A DNA stretch of 64,000 nucleotides, taken from positions 1,088,001 through 1,152,000 of the forward strand of contig JASGHG010000001.1 in NCBI GenBank assembly GCA_047602425.1, written 5' to 3'. Under the pieces are notes generated by a model, which saw nothing but the letters and a program-made list of their open reading frames with translations, searched no databases and was not told the origin of the DNA. How positions within the stretch are numbered: position 1 is the stretch's first letter; the number at the start of each line of letters is the position of its first letter. Source of the DNA: Nibricoccus sp. GTDB lineage: Bacteria > Verrucomicrobiota > Verrucomicrobiia > Opitutales > Opitutaceae. The position numbers were made by a program, and so were the translations under genes. This document shows, piece by piece, positions 19,229 through 29,759 of this stretch.

Positions 19229-20032
19229 CTATTTCATCCCGGCAACAAACGCCTCCATCGCTTCGCGAGTGATCGCGTGTCGGGCGGCACATCGGGGACA
19301 CCGAATTTCTATTTTTTCGTCGGAACCGAAAAGGCCGTCGGGGTCCTCCTTCATCGCCGGGGCAAGCACTTCCATCATGCGCTGCTGGTTGCAACCGCAG
19401 TGCCACCGATAAACACGGCGTTCCATCAGCGCGAGTGTTTCGGATTGATCCAACGCGGCGGCTTTTTCCGCGGTGAGTTCGGCAAACCATTTGGTGTCGC
19501 AATCGGGATGCTCCGATAACAAAACAAAATCCTCCTCGCCGATCTGGAAATAGCGCGCGGGACGTTGTTCGCTGCGAGTGAAAAACATTTCAGCGGCAGC
19601 CAACGGATCGCCACCGACAAAATCGATTGCGCTGCGGCGTTTCGGCTCCTTGCCTCGAACGACATCGGCGTAGAAAAAATTGGTCCCCATTTCGCGTACG
19701 TTTTCCGTGAATACGCGACCAATGACCGCGCCCGTGCTGTTGTCGCCGGTAAGGAAGATGTTCAGCGAGGGTTCCTGAAAATGCAGCGTCCAAGCCACCA
19801 TCTCGTTCCACGGACGCGACGCGCAATGCAGCACGAACCCGGCGAGAGCCCGCTTGAAAAGCGCATCGTGCTCCGGCTCGACTTTCAGTTTCTGATCGCC
19901 GAGGTGCAGGTAGTAATCGACGAAGAGCTCGCTGAACGAAGCGCGTGCGAGCAGAGCATTGCGATTGCGCACAAAATAAGTGCGGACTTCGAAACCGGAA
20001 TCGGCGGGATTTATGGGAGAAGACTCGGACAT
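19229..20032 (-). CDS. hslO: Hsp33 redox-regulated chaperone
   Basis: SEQ motif; zinc motif CGC...CPRC. Confidence 0.82.
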   Translation of the reverse strand: MSESSPINPADSGFEVRTYFVRNRNALLARASFSELFVDYYLHLGDQKLKVEPEHDALFKRALAGFVLHCASRPWNEMVAWTLHFQEPSLNIFLTGDNSTGAVIGRVFTENVREMGTNFFYADVVRGKEPKRRSAIDFVGGDPLAAAEMFFTRSEQRPARYFQIGEEDFVLLSEHPDCDTKWFAELTAEKAAALDQSETLALMERRVYRWHCGCNQQRMMEVLAPAMKEDPDGLFGSDEKIEIRCPRCAARHAITREAMEAFVAGMK

Positions 20033-20264
20033 TCCCTTGAAGGAGCGCAGTCCGCGCCGAAGCTCAAGTCCGCAGAATGAAATCCAGCGTTATACGAAGA
20101 AAGACAGTCCACGGAGAATAGTCACCATTGCCAACAAGGCCAGACTGCAAAGCAACGTTCCGACGTCAAAACGACCACCACTGAAATTTGGCGGTTTAAA
20201 ACGATTCGTTTATTCCGTCGTTCATTTCCCCATCTGGGCGTGATTAAGCCAAATCTACGTCCGT

Positions 20265-20867
20265 TCACTCCTTCCATTCGGAGCTTTTGAGCGTTTTCTG
20301 CGCCTTGCTGACTTTCGGTTTAACCACGAACTGACAATAACCCTGACCCGGATTTTTTCTAAAATAGTCCTGATGGTAGTCCTCAGCCGGATAAAATTCC
20401 TTCAGTGGTACCAGTTCGGTTACGATTTTTTCGGAAAGTTTTTTCTGCTCCGCGGCGATGGCCTTTTCAGCGGCAATTTTTTGTGCGTCGGTCGTGTAGA
20501 GGATAATCGAGCGATACTGAGTGCCGTGGTCGTTGCCTTGATAGTTGAGCGTCGTCGGATCGTGCACCGTCCAAAAAAAGCCCAATAGTTTTTCGAGCGA
20601 AACCTGGGCCGGATCGTAGACGATTTTCACGACCTCCGCATGGCCGGTCGCGCCGGAACAAACATCGCGGTAAGTCGGGTTGGGTACCGAGCCGCCGGCG
20701 TAACCGCTTACGACGTCTTTTACGCCGGGCACGAGGCGGTAGGTGGCGTCGAGGCACCAGAAACACCCGCCGCCGACGACTAGGGTTTCAGTTTTGGTTT
20801 CAGCTGTGGTTGTCATGGGAAAAGCGAGGGCGCAGAGCAGTAGGATCGGAAAAAGGAACGTTTTCAT
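20265..20867 (-). CDS. msrA: Peptide-methionine (S)-S-oxide reductase with signal peptide
   Basis: GGCFW, GHAE, HDPT, QYRS, AEDYHQ. Confidence 0.95.
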   Translation of the reverse strand: MKTFLFPILLLCALAFPMTTTAETKTETLVVGGGCFWCLDATYRLVPGVKDVVSGYAGGSVPNPTYRDVCSGATGHAEVVKIVYDPAQVSLEKLLGFFWTVHDPTTLNYQGNDHGTQYRSIILYTTDAQKIAAEKAIAAEQKKLSEKIVTELVPLKEFYPAEDYHQDYFRKNPGQGYCQFVVKPKVSKAQKTLKSSEWKE

Positions 20868-21065
20868 GGAGCACAAAAGGAACGTGTTGAAGAATCAGCG
20901 GTTGGCAAAAATAGGAGGCATTATGCCCATGATTTATTCCCGAGGTTGCGCAACCCGCCTCGGCTCAGCAAGGTGAGCAGGCGCATCTGGGGTGTATTAC
21001 GGACACGTGTCGTGCCAACGTTGACAGACTGTGGGCTTCAGCGTTTTTATGTCCGCCCCTTCCCC

Positions 21066-22487
21066 ATGAAAATTGAAAAACTTTCCCGTTGGGCATGCAC
21101 GAGTGTTGCGCTGGGCGCCTTCGCCCTGACCGCACAAGCCCAGTATCGCAACCGCGACAATCATAACCTCGGCGATAGCGGCGAGGGCGTCTACACCGCG
21201 CCTTACCAGCTGCCTACCGTAAACGAGGTCACGGAAATCATCGAACGCGTCCATGCGTTCGTGGAAAAAGCCAGCCCCACACGCGTGATCGACGAAAACA
21301 CGGGCAAGGAGATCACCGATTTTGCCACTCCCCAACCAAATGCCATCGCTGATCGCGGCGATGAAGGCGCGTATAATCCCTGGCAATATACCATGGGCGT
21401 CACCCACGCCGCGATGCTTCACGCCACTGCCGTCACTGGCGACCCGCGTTATGCCGCTTTCACGAAACGGCACATGCAGTTCATTCACGATCGCCTCCCC
21501 TACTTCAGCAAACAGGCCGAACTCGTCAAAATAACCCCGGGACACGAATACCGCGGCGTCGAGGCACGCGATCAGCCGCGTCCGAACAGCTTCCGCGCCG
21601 CGATCCAACCCGAGAGCCTTGACGATTCAGGCGCGATCGGCGCCGCCCTGGTCAAGGCCCGCCTCGCCAAAGTCGGTCCCGATCAAATCGACCTCATCAA
21701 CAAGCTCGCCGATTTTGTCGCTAACAAACAGTTTCGCCTCGCCGACGGCTGCTGGGCCCGCAAACGCCCCCAGCCCGTCTCTCTCTGGGCCGACGACTAC
21801 TATATGAGCATTCCGCTCATGGCGCAGATGACTCGCCTCACTGGCGATCCGAAATACGTCAACGACGCCGCCCGTCACTTCGTCAAAGCCGCGCCCCGCC
21901 TTTTCAATCCCCGAACCCAGCTCTATACCCACGGCTGGAATGAAAACCAGCCCTATAATCCCCAATTCTACTGGGGCCGCGCCAATGGCTGGGTCACGAT
22001 GGCCGCCTGCGAACTGCTCGATGTCCTTCCTGCCAACCACCCCGATCGCCCGCGGATCCTCGAACTTTTCCAAATGCACATCCAGGCGCTCGCCTCGCTC
22101 CAAGCGCCGAGCGGCATGTGGCGCAACCTCCTCGACAAAACCGATTCCTATGAAGAGTCATCCTGCACCGCGATGTTCGTCTACGCGATCGCTCATGCGA
22201 TCAACGAAGGCTGGATCAGCGCCGCAAGCTATGGCTCGGTCGTGCAGGCAGGCTGGAATGGCCTGAGCACCCGCGTCAACGCCCGCGGTCAGGTCCTAGA
22301 CACCTGCGTCGGCACCACCTTCGCGAGCGACAACGTGTATTACTACCACCGTCCGACCAGCACCGATGCAACCCATGGCGTGGGCCCCGCGATCATGGCT
22401 GGCGCCGAGATGATCCGACTGTTGAAGAACGAAAAAGTGATCATTCGCAAGCAGTGGCGAACCTATCATTATATACCAAAAGAATAA
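21066..22487 (+). CDS. Unsaturated glucuronyl/rhamnogalacturonyl hydrolase (GH88/GH105)
   Basis: Signal peptide; LDD, LWADDYYM, WGRANGW, EESSCTAM. Confidence 0.9.
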   Translation: MKIEKLSRWACTSVALGAFALTAQAQYRNRDNHNLGDSGEGVYTAPYQLPTVNEVTEIIERVHAFVEKASPTRVIDENTGKEITDFATPQPNAIADRGDEGAYNPWQYTMGVTHAAMLHATAVTGDPRYAAFTKRHMQFIHDRLPYFSKQAELVKITPGHEYRGVEARDQPRPNSFRAAIQPESLDDSGAIGAALVKARLAKVGPDQIDLINKLADFVANKQFRLADGCWARKRPQPVSLWADDYYMSIPLMAQMTRLTGDPKYVNDAARHFVKAAPRLFNPRTQLYTHGWNENQPYNPQFYWGRANGWVTMAACELLDVLPANHPDRPRILELFQMHIQALASLQAPSGMWRNLLDKTDSYEESSCTAMFVYAIAHAINEGWISAASYGSVVQAGWNGLSTRVNARGQVLDTCVGTTFASDNVYYYHRPTSTDATHGVGPAIMAGAEMIRLLKNEKVIIRKQWRTYHYIPKE

Positions 22488-22517
22488 CCCTGGCCGCCAA
22501 ATACGACCGCCTTGTTT

Positions 22518-22545
22518 AAAAGCCCCGCAAACCGCGGGGCTTTTT
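22518..22545. terminator. Bidirectional intrinsic terminator
   Basis: AAAAGCCCCGC-AAACC-GCGGGGCTTTT between convergent genes. Confidence 0.85.
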
Positions 22546-22635
22546 ATTTCAAAGTTCAGACAAAACTTTTTTAAAGGTCCAAATCATGCCGTGCGTCGAA
22601 AGCGAAGCCGCACCAACCGTCGCGAAGATTCTCGT

Positions 22636-23205
22636 TCAGCTACCGGGCTTTTCGATCGGAATCCTGGCCAGTTCTGCCGGCACTTGATCGGCCGGATAGG
22701 TTGGGAAACTCAGTTCCAACAGCGAAACCGCCGGAATATCGAAACGCATCGTACCCGCGCTGCGGTCCACGAGCATCGCCACCGCCACCGGCACCCCGCC
22801 GCCCTTGCGAACAATGTCGATGCACTCGATCACGCGGCCGCCACGGGTCACCACATCCTCGGCGATCAATACAGGTTCGCCCGGCTCAAATTTAAAACCA
22901 CGCCGCAGAACCAAAATATTGTTTTCCTTCTCGGCGAAAACGAAGCGCGACTTTGTCTGGCGGGCGATTTCCTGGCCGATCACCAGTCCACCCATGGCCG
23001 GCGCCAACACGGTGCGGAACGACAGCGACTTCAATTTCGCGCACAACAACTCCGAAAGACGCGTCACCGCCGTCATATCCTGGCACACCTGCGCACATTG
23101 GAAGTAATGCCCGCTGTGCAACCCCGAACGGAGTACAAAATGCCCCTGCAGCAGCGCCTTGGTGCGTTTGAAGATATCGAGAATTTCCTGTTGTTGCGTA
23201 TCCAT
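22636..23205 (-). CDS. pyrE: Orotate phosphoribosyltransferase
   Basis: GHFVLRSGLHS; PRPP motif LIAEDVVTRGG. Confidence 0.92.
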   Translation of the reverse strand: MDTQQQEILDIFKRTKALLQGHFVLRSGLHSGHYFQCAQVCQDMTAVTRLSELLCAKLKSLSFRTVLAPAMGGLVIGQEIARQTKSRFVFAEKENNILVLRRGFKFEPGEPVLIAEDVVTRGGRVIECIDIVRKGGGVPVAVAMLVDRSAGTMRFDIPAVSLLELSFPTYPADQVPAELARIPIEKPGS

Positions 23206-23332
23206 GCCACCGACGCTGGCGCCGGCCCGGCAAACCGCAAAAACTTTTTCGCTTCTTCTCGTTGCCCAATGACTGCGGTTCCGCGAGCGGCGCCAGCCTT
23301 GCCAATTCTTGGAGCATATATAAAAAGGCCTC

Positions 23333-24178
23333 GTGGTAATCGAACACGCACCGCTCGAAGACGAATTCGGCGACATCCTCGACAAGGCCATGCGCCATAC
23401 AGGCATGACCGAGCATGTCCTTGCCGAGCGTTCGGGCGTAGCGCTTGAAAAAATTCACGACGCCATCGACTACCGCTACGATCTCAATGCGGACGAAATT
23501 CGCCGGTTGGCCGCCGCGCTGGAGCTTAATGAGGCCGGCTTGCTCGCCATCGCGGAAGAACGCTATCCGCTGCCCGAAATCGCCGGCCTGCCCTTTTGCC
23601 TCTATCCCCTCCGCTTCCCACATGGTATCGGCGTGGCCAACGCCTACATCGTTGCCGATTGCGGCCAATCGACCGGTTTGCTTTTCGATACCGGCACCGA
23701 CTACACGCTTCTCCGCCGTCTATGGCCAAGAAGCGTGAAAAAGCCGGAGGCCATTTTTGTCACCCACGGCGAAACCGAGCACATCGGCGACCTCCGGGAA
23801 CTGGTCGCCAACGAAAACAATATTCCGGTTTTCTGCCCGGAAGGGAAATGTATCGCTGGCGCGGTGGCGCTCGGAGAAGGAGCGAAACTCACATTCGGGC
23901 GTCTCGAAGTACAATCGTTAAAGACACCCGGACATTGCGAGGCGCACAATTGCTACATTGTGGCGGCCCCCGCGGCACCCTCTGCCGCGCCGCTGCTCGT
24001 CTCAGGCGACACTCTGTTTGCTGGTTCGACTGGAGGTGCCTTCTATTGTCGCCAGAAGCTCGCTACCACCCTCCGCCGCCTTCTCGACAATTTGCCTGAA
24101 AACACCGTGGTCGCCCCTGGCCATGGTCCGCTCACGACAATAAAAAACGAACGGCGTTTTAATCCGTTCGTCCGTTGA
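23333..24178 (+). CDS. HTH-like N-terminus plus metallo-beta-lactamase-fold protein
   Basis: FDTG, THGETEH, TPGH, SGDTLFAGS, PGHGP. Confidence 0.85.
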   Translation: MVIEHAPLEDEFGDILDKAMRHTGMTEHVLAERSGVALEKIHDAIDYRYDLNADEIRRLAAALELNEAGLLAIAEERYPLPEIAGLPFCLYPLRFPHGIGVANAYIVADCGQSTGLLFDTGTDYTLLRRLWPRSVKKPEAIFVTHGETEHIGDLRELVANENNIPVFCPEGKCIAGAVALGEGAKLTFGRLEVQSLKTPGHCEAHNCYIVAAPAAPSAAPLLVSGDTLFAGSTGGAFYCRQKLATTLRRLLDNLPENTVVAPGHGPLTTIKNERRFNPFVR

Positions 24179-24206
24179 GCCCACAAGGGCCGACAAATTC
24201 TCGCAA

Positions 24207-24283
<77 letters not shown>

Positions 24284-24365
24284 ATTTTTTTGCGTTCTTT
24301 CTAAAAGAAAGAGCCGCCGAGACAAGGTCACCCGAGCCCCAGCGGCAAACAAAATCTTTGAAAGA

Positions 24366-24905
24366 TTACTTGGCGGGATTTTCCGCTGTCGCCACGACAG
24401 GCGCTTTGGCCATCGCGCTTTCATTCGCGCGAGTCGTCAGCATTTCCGTGTAGCGCTGCACTTCGAGCTCAGCGGCACGACGGGCCTTCTTGGTGATTTC
24501 CACCTTCTTGGCCAGTTCGAGAACCGCACGATTTTCCTGGTCACGAGTGGCGCGCTTGGCGGCGAGATCTTTTTCCAAAGAAGCAGCAAGCTTGTTGTTG
24601 AGCTCAACGCCGTCGGTGTACTTCTTGGCGTCGTCCTTCAACTTCTGGATCTTGGCGGCGAATTCGTCCTGCTTCTTTTTCTTCTGTGCCTCTTCAGCGG
24701 CGATGCGCTCGGCATTGCGCTTGTCCGAGTCAATCTTGGCCTTCGCTTCGAGCTGCCTCTTCTCTTCGAGTTTCTTCTGCTCAGCTGCGGCTTTTTCTTC
24801 AGCGATAGCCTTGACGCGAAGATCGGCTTCCTTGGAAGCGCCGCGTTCGAAGAACACGAAAACAGCCATGAACACGATCGGGATAATAAGGTAGTAGCGA
24901 TTCAT
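24366..24905 (-). CDS. Membrane-anchored coiled-coil protein
   Basis: N-terminal TM helix then K/E/A-rich helix; last gene of the exbBD-tonB operon. Confidence 0.85.
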   Translation of the reverse strand: MNRYYLIIPIVFMAVFVFFERGASKEADLRVKAIAEEKAAAEQKKLEEKRQLEAKAKIDSDKRNAERIAAEEAQKKKKQDEFAAKIQKLKDDAKKYTDGVELNNKLAASLEKDLAAKRATRDQENRAVLELAKKVEITKKARRAAELEVQRYTEMLTTRANESAMAKAPVVATAENPAK

Positions 24906-24932
24906 ATCGGCAAAGTCTCTGGGTTGAAGTGA

Positions 24933-25469
24933 TCAGGATTTGGCTTTCTTAGCGCTTTGGGCCGCAGCGAGGGCCGCAGCTTCATCGGCCTTCTGGATCT
25001 TTTTAAGAACCTCTTCGAGGCCCTTTTGATTGGCTTCGGCAGCTTTGACGTACTTCTGAAGGAATTCGTCTTCGTTCGCCAATGTCGCCTTCTCAGCGGC
25101 GAGCTTTTTGATGCCGGCGTCTTCGACTGCGATTTCGTTCTTTAAGCGGTCGACGGTACGGAGCACGCGATCGAGTTCGTCACGAGCCTTGTCGCTGGCG
25201 TCCTTGAGGTCGATCTGGAGCTGCTTTTCTTCGGCTTCACGCTTTTCGCGTTCGGCCTTCTCGATCTTGCGCTTCTCCTGAAGTTGAATGGCTTCCTCGA
25301 CCGCTTTCTTTTTAATTTCGAAGTCGGCCCGAGCTTTGGCCTCACGATCGGCCTTTTTTTGGTCTTCAATCTTCTGTTTTTCCTCTGCGAAGTTCGCATT
25401 GAATTGCCAATAGAAGACGGCGAAGATGATGACACCGATGAGAGGGAAGAGTATGTAAAACTTCTTCAT
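24933..25469 (-). CDS. Membrane-anchored coiled-coil protein (apparent paralog of its neighbour)
   Basis: MKKFYILFPLIG...; same architecture and length (178 vs 179 aa). Confidence 0.85.
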   Translation of the reverse strand: MKKFYILFPLIGVIIFAVFYWQFNANFAEEKQKIEDQKKADREAKARADFEIKKKAVEEAIQLQEKRKIEKAEREKREAEEKQLQIDLKDASDKARDELDRVLRTVDRLKNEIAVEDAGIKKLAAEKATLANEDEFLQKYVKAAEANQKGLEEVLKKIQKADEAAALAAAQSAKKAKS

Positions 25470-25492
25470 GTTTTAAGGGGGGAAGGTAAGGG

Positions 25493-26875
25493 TTATTTTT
25501 TGGGCTGGGCGGTGGCTGTGCCTTTAAACTTTTCGCGTTCGTCGATGGACTCCTTGATGAGCTTCAACAGGCTGGTGGCTTCCTTGGATTTTGGATCGGC
25601 CTTCACGGCTTGTTCGGCAGCCGCCAGAGCTTCGTCGAGACGTTTGAGCTCAAGAGCCAGATAAGAAACGAGTACAAGCGTGGGGGCGGGTTTATCGAGA
25701 CCCTTGTTCACCGCGGCTTGGAAATGCTTCAAGGCCTGCTCGGGCTTGTCAGCGTTGTAATAAATCTGGGCAATCAACTGCTCCAAGTTGCCGGCTTTCG
25801 GGAAGAGCTTGATCGCTTCGAGGAAGACTTCAATCGCGCGGGCTTCTTTGCCCATCTGCTGGTAGCAGTTCGCGAGCAATTCCCAGTTGCGCTGTTCCGA
25901 GTCGATTTTTCCGTTGCGCAGGCCTGTTTCCAACAACTCAGCGGCATATTGATGCTGCTGCATGTTGTAATAGAGACCGGCGAGCTGGTAATTATCGCGG
26001 TTGCTCACCATCTGGCCAACGGCTTGTGCGCGTTCCAGCGTGATGACTGCACCGAGTTCGGCATCCTTGTCGTTCGCCGCTTGGAGAGCGAGGTAGGTTT
26101 GGAACAGCATCGGCCAGAAACTCTTGTTGTTCGGGAATTTCTTGACCATGAGCTCGAGCAATTCCGAGCAGGCGGCGTTGTCGCCCAGCTGCTGGAGAGC
26201 AGCAAGGTAGAGCGTGTAATGTTCGTCCTTGGGAGAAATTGTCAGGCGAAGCACTTTGGCTGCTTCTTGCGCCGTCTCTTTCATGCGGTTCAAATCCACT
26301 TCACTGCCAAAGGTCGCTTCGCTGTAAAGAATACGCGCCCACATATACTGCGCTTCGGCAGTCACCTTGGGACCGGAGACCATGCGCTTGCCGTAAGCAT
26401 GCGCCTTCGACATGGCAGCCTGCTGTGCTTCCTTCGTCTTTCCTGGAGCTGCGGCTTCCGCCATGTACAACTGAGAAAGGGTGGAAAGTGTTTCGTTCTC
26501 ATTGATCGGCAGAACGCGGGCCCAACGGAAGAGTCCCTTTTCGTCACCGATCTTCAGCATCGTTTCAAGCGGCTCAATCGCGGCGGCCGGTTCACCTTTG
26601 GTGAAGACGAGCTGCGCTTTGTAGCCGGAAAGAAACGCGCGGTCATAAGAAGACGGTTCGGATTTGGCCAAAAGGCCGTCGATGGTCTTGATCGCTTCGT
26701 CCCACTTTTTGGCTTCGTACATCGCAGCCAAGGGGGCGATGCCAGCGGAAACCTTTTCTGAAAGTTCCGGGGCGTTTTCGACTCGTTGAGCGGAGGCGAT
26801 TGTCGCACCAAAAAGGAGCGACGCTGCCACCGCCATGGCGCCTAAACGAGGGAGGGTTTTGAAAGATGTAAGCAT
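25493..26875 (-). CDS. Exported TPR-repeat protein
   Basis: Signal peptide; repeated TPR-like helices (A..Y..A.....P). Confidence 0.85.
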   Translation of the reverse strand: MLTSFKTLPRLGAMAVAASLLFGATIASAQRVENAPELSEKVSAGIAPLAAMYEAKKWDEAIKTIDGLLAKSEPSSYDRAFLSGYKAQLVFTKGEPAAAIEPLETMLKIGDEKGLFRWARVLPINENETLSTLSQLYMAEAAAPGKTKEAQQAAMSKAHAYGKRMVSGPKVTAEAQYMWARILYSEATFGSEVDLNRMKETAQEAAKVLRLTISPKDEHYTLYLAALQQLGDNAACSELLELMVKKFPNNKSFWPMLFQTYLALQAANDKDAELGAVITLERAQAVGQMVSNRDNYQLAGLYYNMQQHQYAAELLETGLRNGKIDSEQRNWELLANCYQQMGKEARAIEVFLEAIKLFPKAGNLEQLIAQIYYNADKPEQALKHFQAAVNKGLDKPAPTLVLVSYLALELKRLDEALAAAEQAVKADPKSKEATSLLKLIKESIDEREKFKGTATAQPKK

Positions 26876-26887
26876 GGCGGGCGAAGA

Positions 26888-27538
26888 TTATTCCTCGGTG
26901 ATGGCGAAGGAGAAGGGCTGCTGCATTTTGGCGGCAACGGCACGGCCGCCTTTTTTGCCAGCGCGGAATTTCCACTTGTAGATAGCGTCGATGGCAGCGG
27001 AGTCGAAGGCGTGATTATCGGACTTCACCACACGGGCGTCGCGAACGTTGCCGTCGCTGTCGCAGATGAATTCCACCAGCACTTCAGCGCTGATGCCCTG
27101 ACGCTTCATTTCGAAAGGATAAACCGGCTGCACGCGGTTACGCGGCACGGGTTGTTGATCGAGGTTCTTCAGATCGAAAACCTGCGAGATCGCACCCGAA
27201 ATCGGACCCTGCGACTTCGGCACGGTCATGGTGATACCGGCTTTGGGCGGAGGAGGTGGTTGGACCGGCTGAACGAAAGAGTCGATGTTCACCACGCCAG
27301 GGACGTCGGCGACGCTCGGCGGAGCGATGCTGGCGGTCTCGGCGGAAGCTTCGGAGCTATCGGTCGGCTCTGGCGGCTCCGGTTCCATTTCGGGCATGAC
27401 AAGCTTGATGACTTGATCGTCAGTCTTCTTGACCACCTTCTTTTTCTTGAGCCAATCGAAGCTGATCTCGCTGCTTCCCGCCAAACCGGCGTGAATGAGG
27501 ACCGAACAAAGAATGGCAATGATTAAATCGCGGCGCAT
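26888..27538 (-). CDS. tonB: TonB energy transducer
   Basis: TM with S..IH motif, Pro-rich linker, TonB_C domain (YP...G.V.V.F...G.V). Confidence 0.9.
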   Translation of the reverse strand: MRRDLIIAILCSVLIHAGLAGSSEISFDWLKKKKVVKKTDDQVIKLVMPEMEPEPPEPTDSSEASAETASIAPPSVADVPGVVNIDSFVQPVQPPPPPKAGITMTVPKSQGPISGAISQVFDLKNLDQQPVPRNRVQPVYPFEMKRQGISAEVLVEFICDSDGNVRDARVVKSDNHAFDSAAIDAIYKWKFRAGKKGGRAVAAKMQQPFSFAITEE

Positions 27539-27556
27539 GTTGCAGAGGGGTCGAGG

Positions 27557-27991
27557 TTATTTGCCCGTGGCGCGGTAGACGGTCTCAATCGAGACCTGAG
27601 TGATGCCCACTTTGCGAACTTCATCTAGGGCTGCAACGGTCGGGCCGTATTTGGCGCGATCGTCACCAGCCAGCAGGATGCGTGGATTTTTCGCATTCTG
27701 TTTGTATTGAAAAAGGCGCGGTGCGAGCTCGCGATCCGTAATCAGATCCCTATCCCAGTAGATACCGGCATCGGTTACCTGCAAAATGACTGGAGGGTCG
27801 GGATTGACCTGGGTCGAGGTAGGTGGAGCAGCAACCGGCAGTTCCACCGGAATGGAGAAAATCTTGTTCAACGTCAGGGTGTACAAGACGAAGGTTGCCA
27901 AGAGGAAGAAGACGACGTCGATCAGAGGAATGATCTGAATGTTCGCTCTCTTTCTACCTGAGGATGTTTGTGCTGCGCCGCCACCGGCCAT
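27557..27991 (-). CDS. exbD: ExbD/TolR family protein
   Basis: IIPLIDVVFFLL motif. Confidence 0.9.
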   Translation of the reverse strand: MAGGGAAQTSSGRKRANIQIIPLIDVVFFLLATFVLYTLTLNKIFSIPVELPVAAPPTSTQVNPDPPVILQVTDAGIYWDRDLITDRELAPRLFQYKQNAKNPRILLAGDDRAKYGPTVAALDEVRKVGITQVSIETVYRATGK

Positions 27992-28052
27992 GGTAAGAAT
28001 GGGTTAAGATTAAAGGTGCTTTAGTGACTATAACGCGCGAAGCGGATATTTA

Positions 28053-28490
28053 TTACTGTCCGGCCGGGCGAATACGGGTTTCGAGGTAAACTTTATCAAA
28101 GCCGATCATGCGGGCTTGGTCGAAGACGTAGCGGACCTGACTGAAGTACGCGTTCTCGTCACCGTTGATAAAAATTCTGGCCGATTTGCCTTCGCGGGCG
28201 AAGTAATCACGCATGCGGTCGAGGAAAACTTCCAAGCTGATGCGCTCCTTGTTCCAACCCAAGGAGCCGTCAACTTCAACCGTCACTGTAACGGTATTAC
28301 TCGGATCGCGGCCCTCGCCGGAGACCGCACCCGGCAGCGTGACCGTCAATCCCTCGCTCTTATTGAGCGTGAGTGTAAAGAGAACGAAGGTTGCCAGCAG
28401 AAAGAAAACAACGTCGATCAAAGGAATGATCTGGATGTTCGCTTTCTTAGGACCACCTGGTTTGCCACCACCTGAAGAGCCACCGGCCAT
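28053..28490 (-). CDS. exbD: ExbD/TolR family protein
   Basis: IIPLIDVVFFLL motif. Confidence 0.9.
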   Translation of the reverse strand: MAGGSSGGGKPGGPKKANIQIIPLIDVVFFLLATFVLFTLTLNKSEGLTVTLPGAVSGEGRDPSNTVTVTVEVDGSLGWNKERISLEVFLDRMRDYFAREGKSARIFINGDENAYFSQVRYVFDQARMIGFDKVYLETRIRPAGQ

Positions 28491-28577
28491 GGTTGGAAAG
28501 TATTAAATGTGAAAAGGGGCGAGTGTTTCGGCCGATGCGAGAAGCATCAGCCGACCGAAGCGTACCGAATCCAGTGA

Positions 28578-29243
28578 TTAGGAGGTATGAGTTTCGTTCT
28601 TCTTGAGGATGAGCTCAAGAGCGTTCGAAACGTCGGAAATCTCGTGTTTAGCCTGCTCCGCACGGGAGTTGAGGATGTTGAAGGGGAGCAAACCGAGAAT
28701 GGCGATGAAGATACCGCAAGCGGTGGCGATGAGCGCTTCAGCGATACCGCTCATCATGCTGTTGGCAGCTTGAGCGAGGTCACCGGTCAATTCACCGAAG
28801 GTGCGCATCATGCCGGTCACGGTACCAAGAAGACCAAGGAGAGGAGCGGCGGTAATGACGGTGTCGAGAACGGCCACACCCTGCTGGAAGCGTTGGAGCT
28901 CCTGATTGGAAGCGCGGATGAAAGCGTTGGAGAGGGATTGATCGCGGTGCGTGAGAGCATAGCAGAGAATGCGAGCGAGGTAATCCTTGCTCTTCTTGCC
29001 AAGGGCGATGGCGCTTTCGAAGTCGCTTTGCTCAACATGCTCGAGCATCTTCTCAACAACTTCCGGCTCACGGCTGGAAGCTTCGCGCCAAATGAAGATG
29101 GCACGCTCAATGGCGACAGTGACGCCGAGGAAAGAGATAATCAGAATGGGCCACATGATGATGCCACCTTCGTGGAAAAGCTCCATCGGAGTCCGGTGCA
29201 TCAAAAGCTCGAAACGGGCGAGAGGCAGAATACTGGTGATCAT
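28578..29243 (-). CDS. exbB: ExbB/MotA/TolQ proton channel protein
   Basis: APLLGLLGTVTGM, GIAEALIATA. Confidence 0.92.
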   Translation of the reverse strand: MITSILPLARFELLMHRTPMELFHEGGIIMWPILIISFLGVTVAIERAIFIWREASSREPEVVEKMLEHVEQSDFESAIALGKKSKDYLARILCYALTHRDQSLSNAFIRASNQELQRFQQGVAVLDTVITAAPLLGLLGTVTGMMRTFGELTGDLAQAANSMMSGIAEALIATACGIFIAILGLLPFNILNSRAEQAKHEISDVSNALELILKKNETHTS

Positions 29244-29571
29244 GTTGGATTACGTATTTTTTGGGAGTTAACAGTGAGATATGTTGGTGAGAAAAACTGG
29301 AAGGGGGCGAAAGCGCGGGGCGGCGGGTAGCTCAGCAGGGTCACAGCCAAAGAAAATTAAAAAAACTAAACGGCCGGGATATATAAGCTGAGCGGTTGGC
29401 GGGTATTCGCAATTATAGAAATTGGGTATTTTTTGAAGGGTTACAGGGGAACTAACTGAACGAAGCGGAAGAGGCAAATACGAGGCAGAAAGGACACGAG
29501 TAGTCCTTTCATGAAATTGGTCTGTCAATGCTCTTCTTTAACTTTCTTACGTCAGATTACAGAAGTCGCGT

Positions 29572-29645
29572 TGGCTGCCCGACTAGGACTCGAACCTAGA
29601 CAAAACGAGTCAGAGTCGTTTGTGCTACCATTACACCATCGGGCA
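29572..29645 (-). tRNA. tRNA-Gln(CTG)
   Basis: Anticodon arm AACGA-CTCTGAC-TCGTT; CCA. Confidence 0.95.
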
Positions 29646-29684
29646 GTAAGAAAAGGAGTAACTCACTCTGACGTAAGAGAAAGC

Positions 29685-29759
29685 TGGAGCCGGCGATGGG
29701 ATTCGAACCCGCAACCGCCTGTTTACAAAACAGGTGCTCTACCATTGAGCTACGCCGGC
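29685..29759 (-). tRNA. tRNA-Thr(TGT)
   Basis: Anticodon arm CCTGT-TTTGTAA-ACAGG; CCA. Confidence 0.95.

Noticed and set aside
20090..20200. Short hydrophobic minus-strand frame between msrA and hslO
   Set aside because: No convincing start codon after the upstream stop; too short to support
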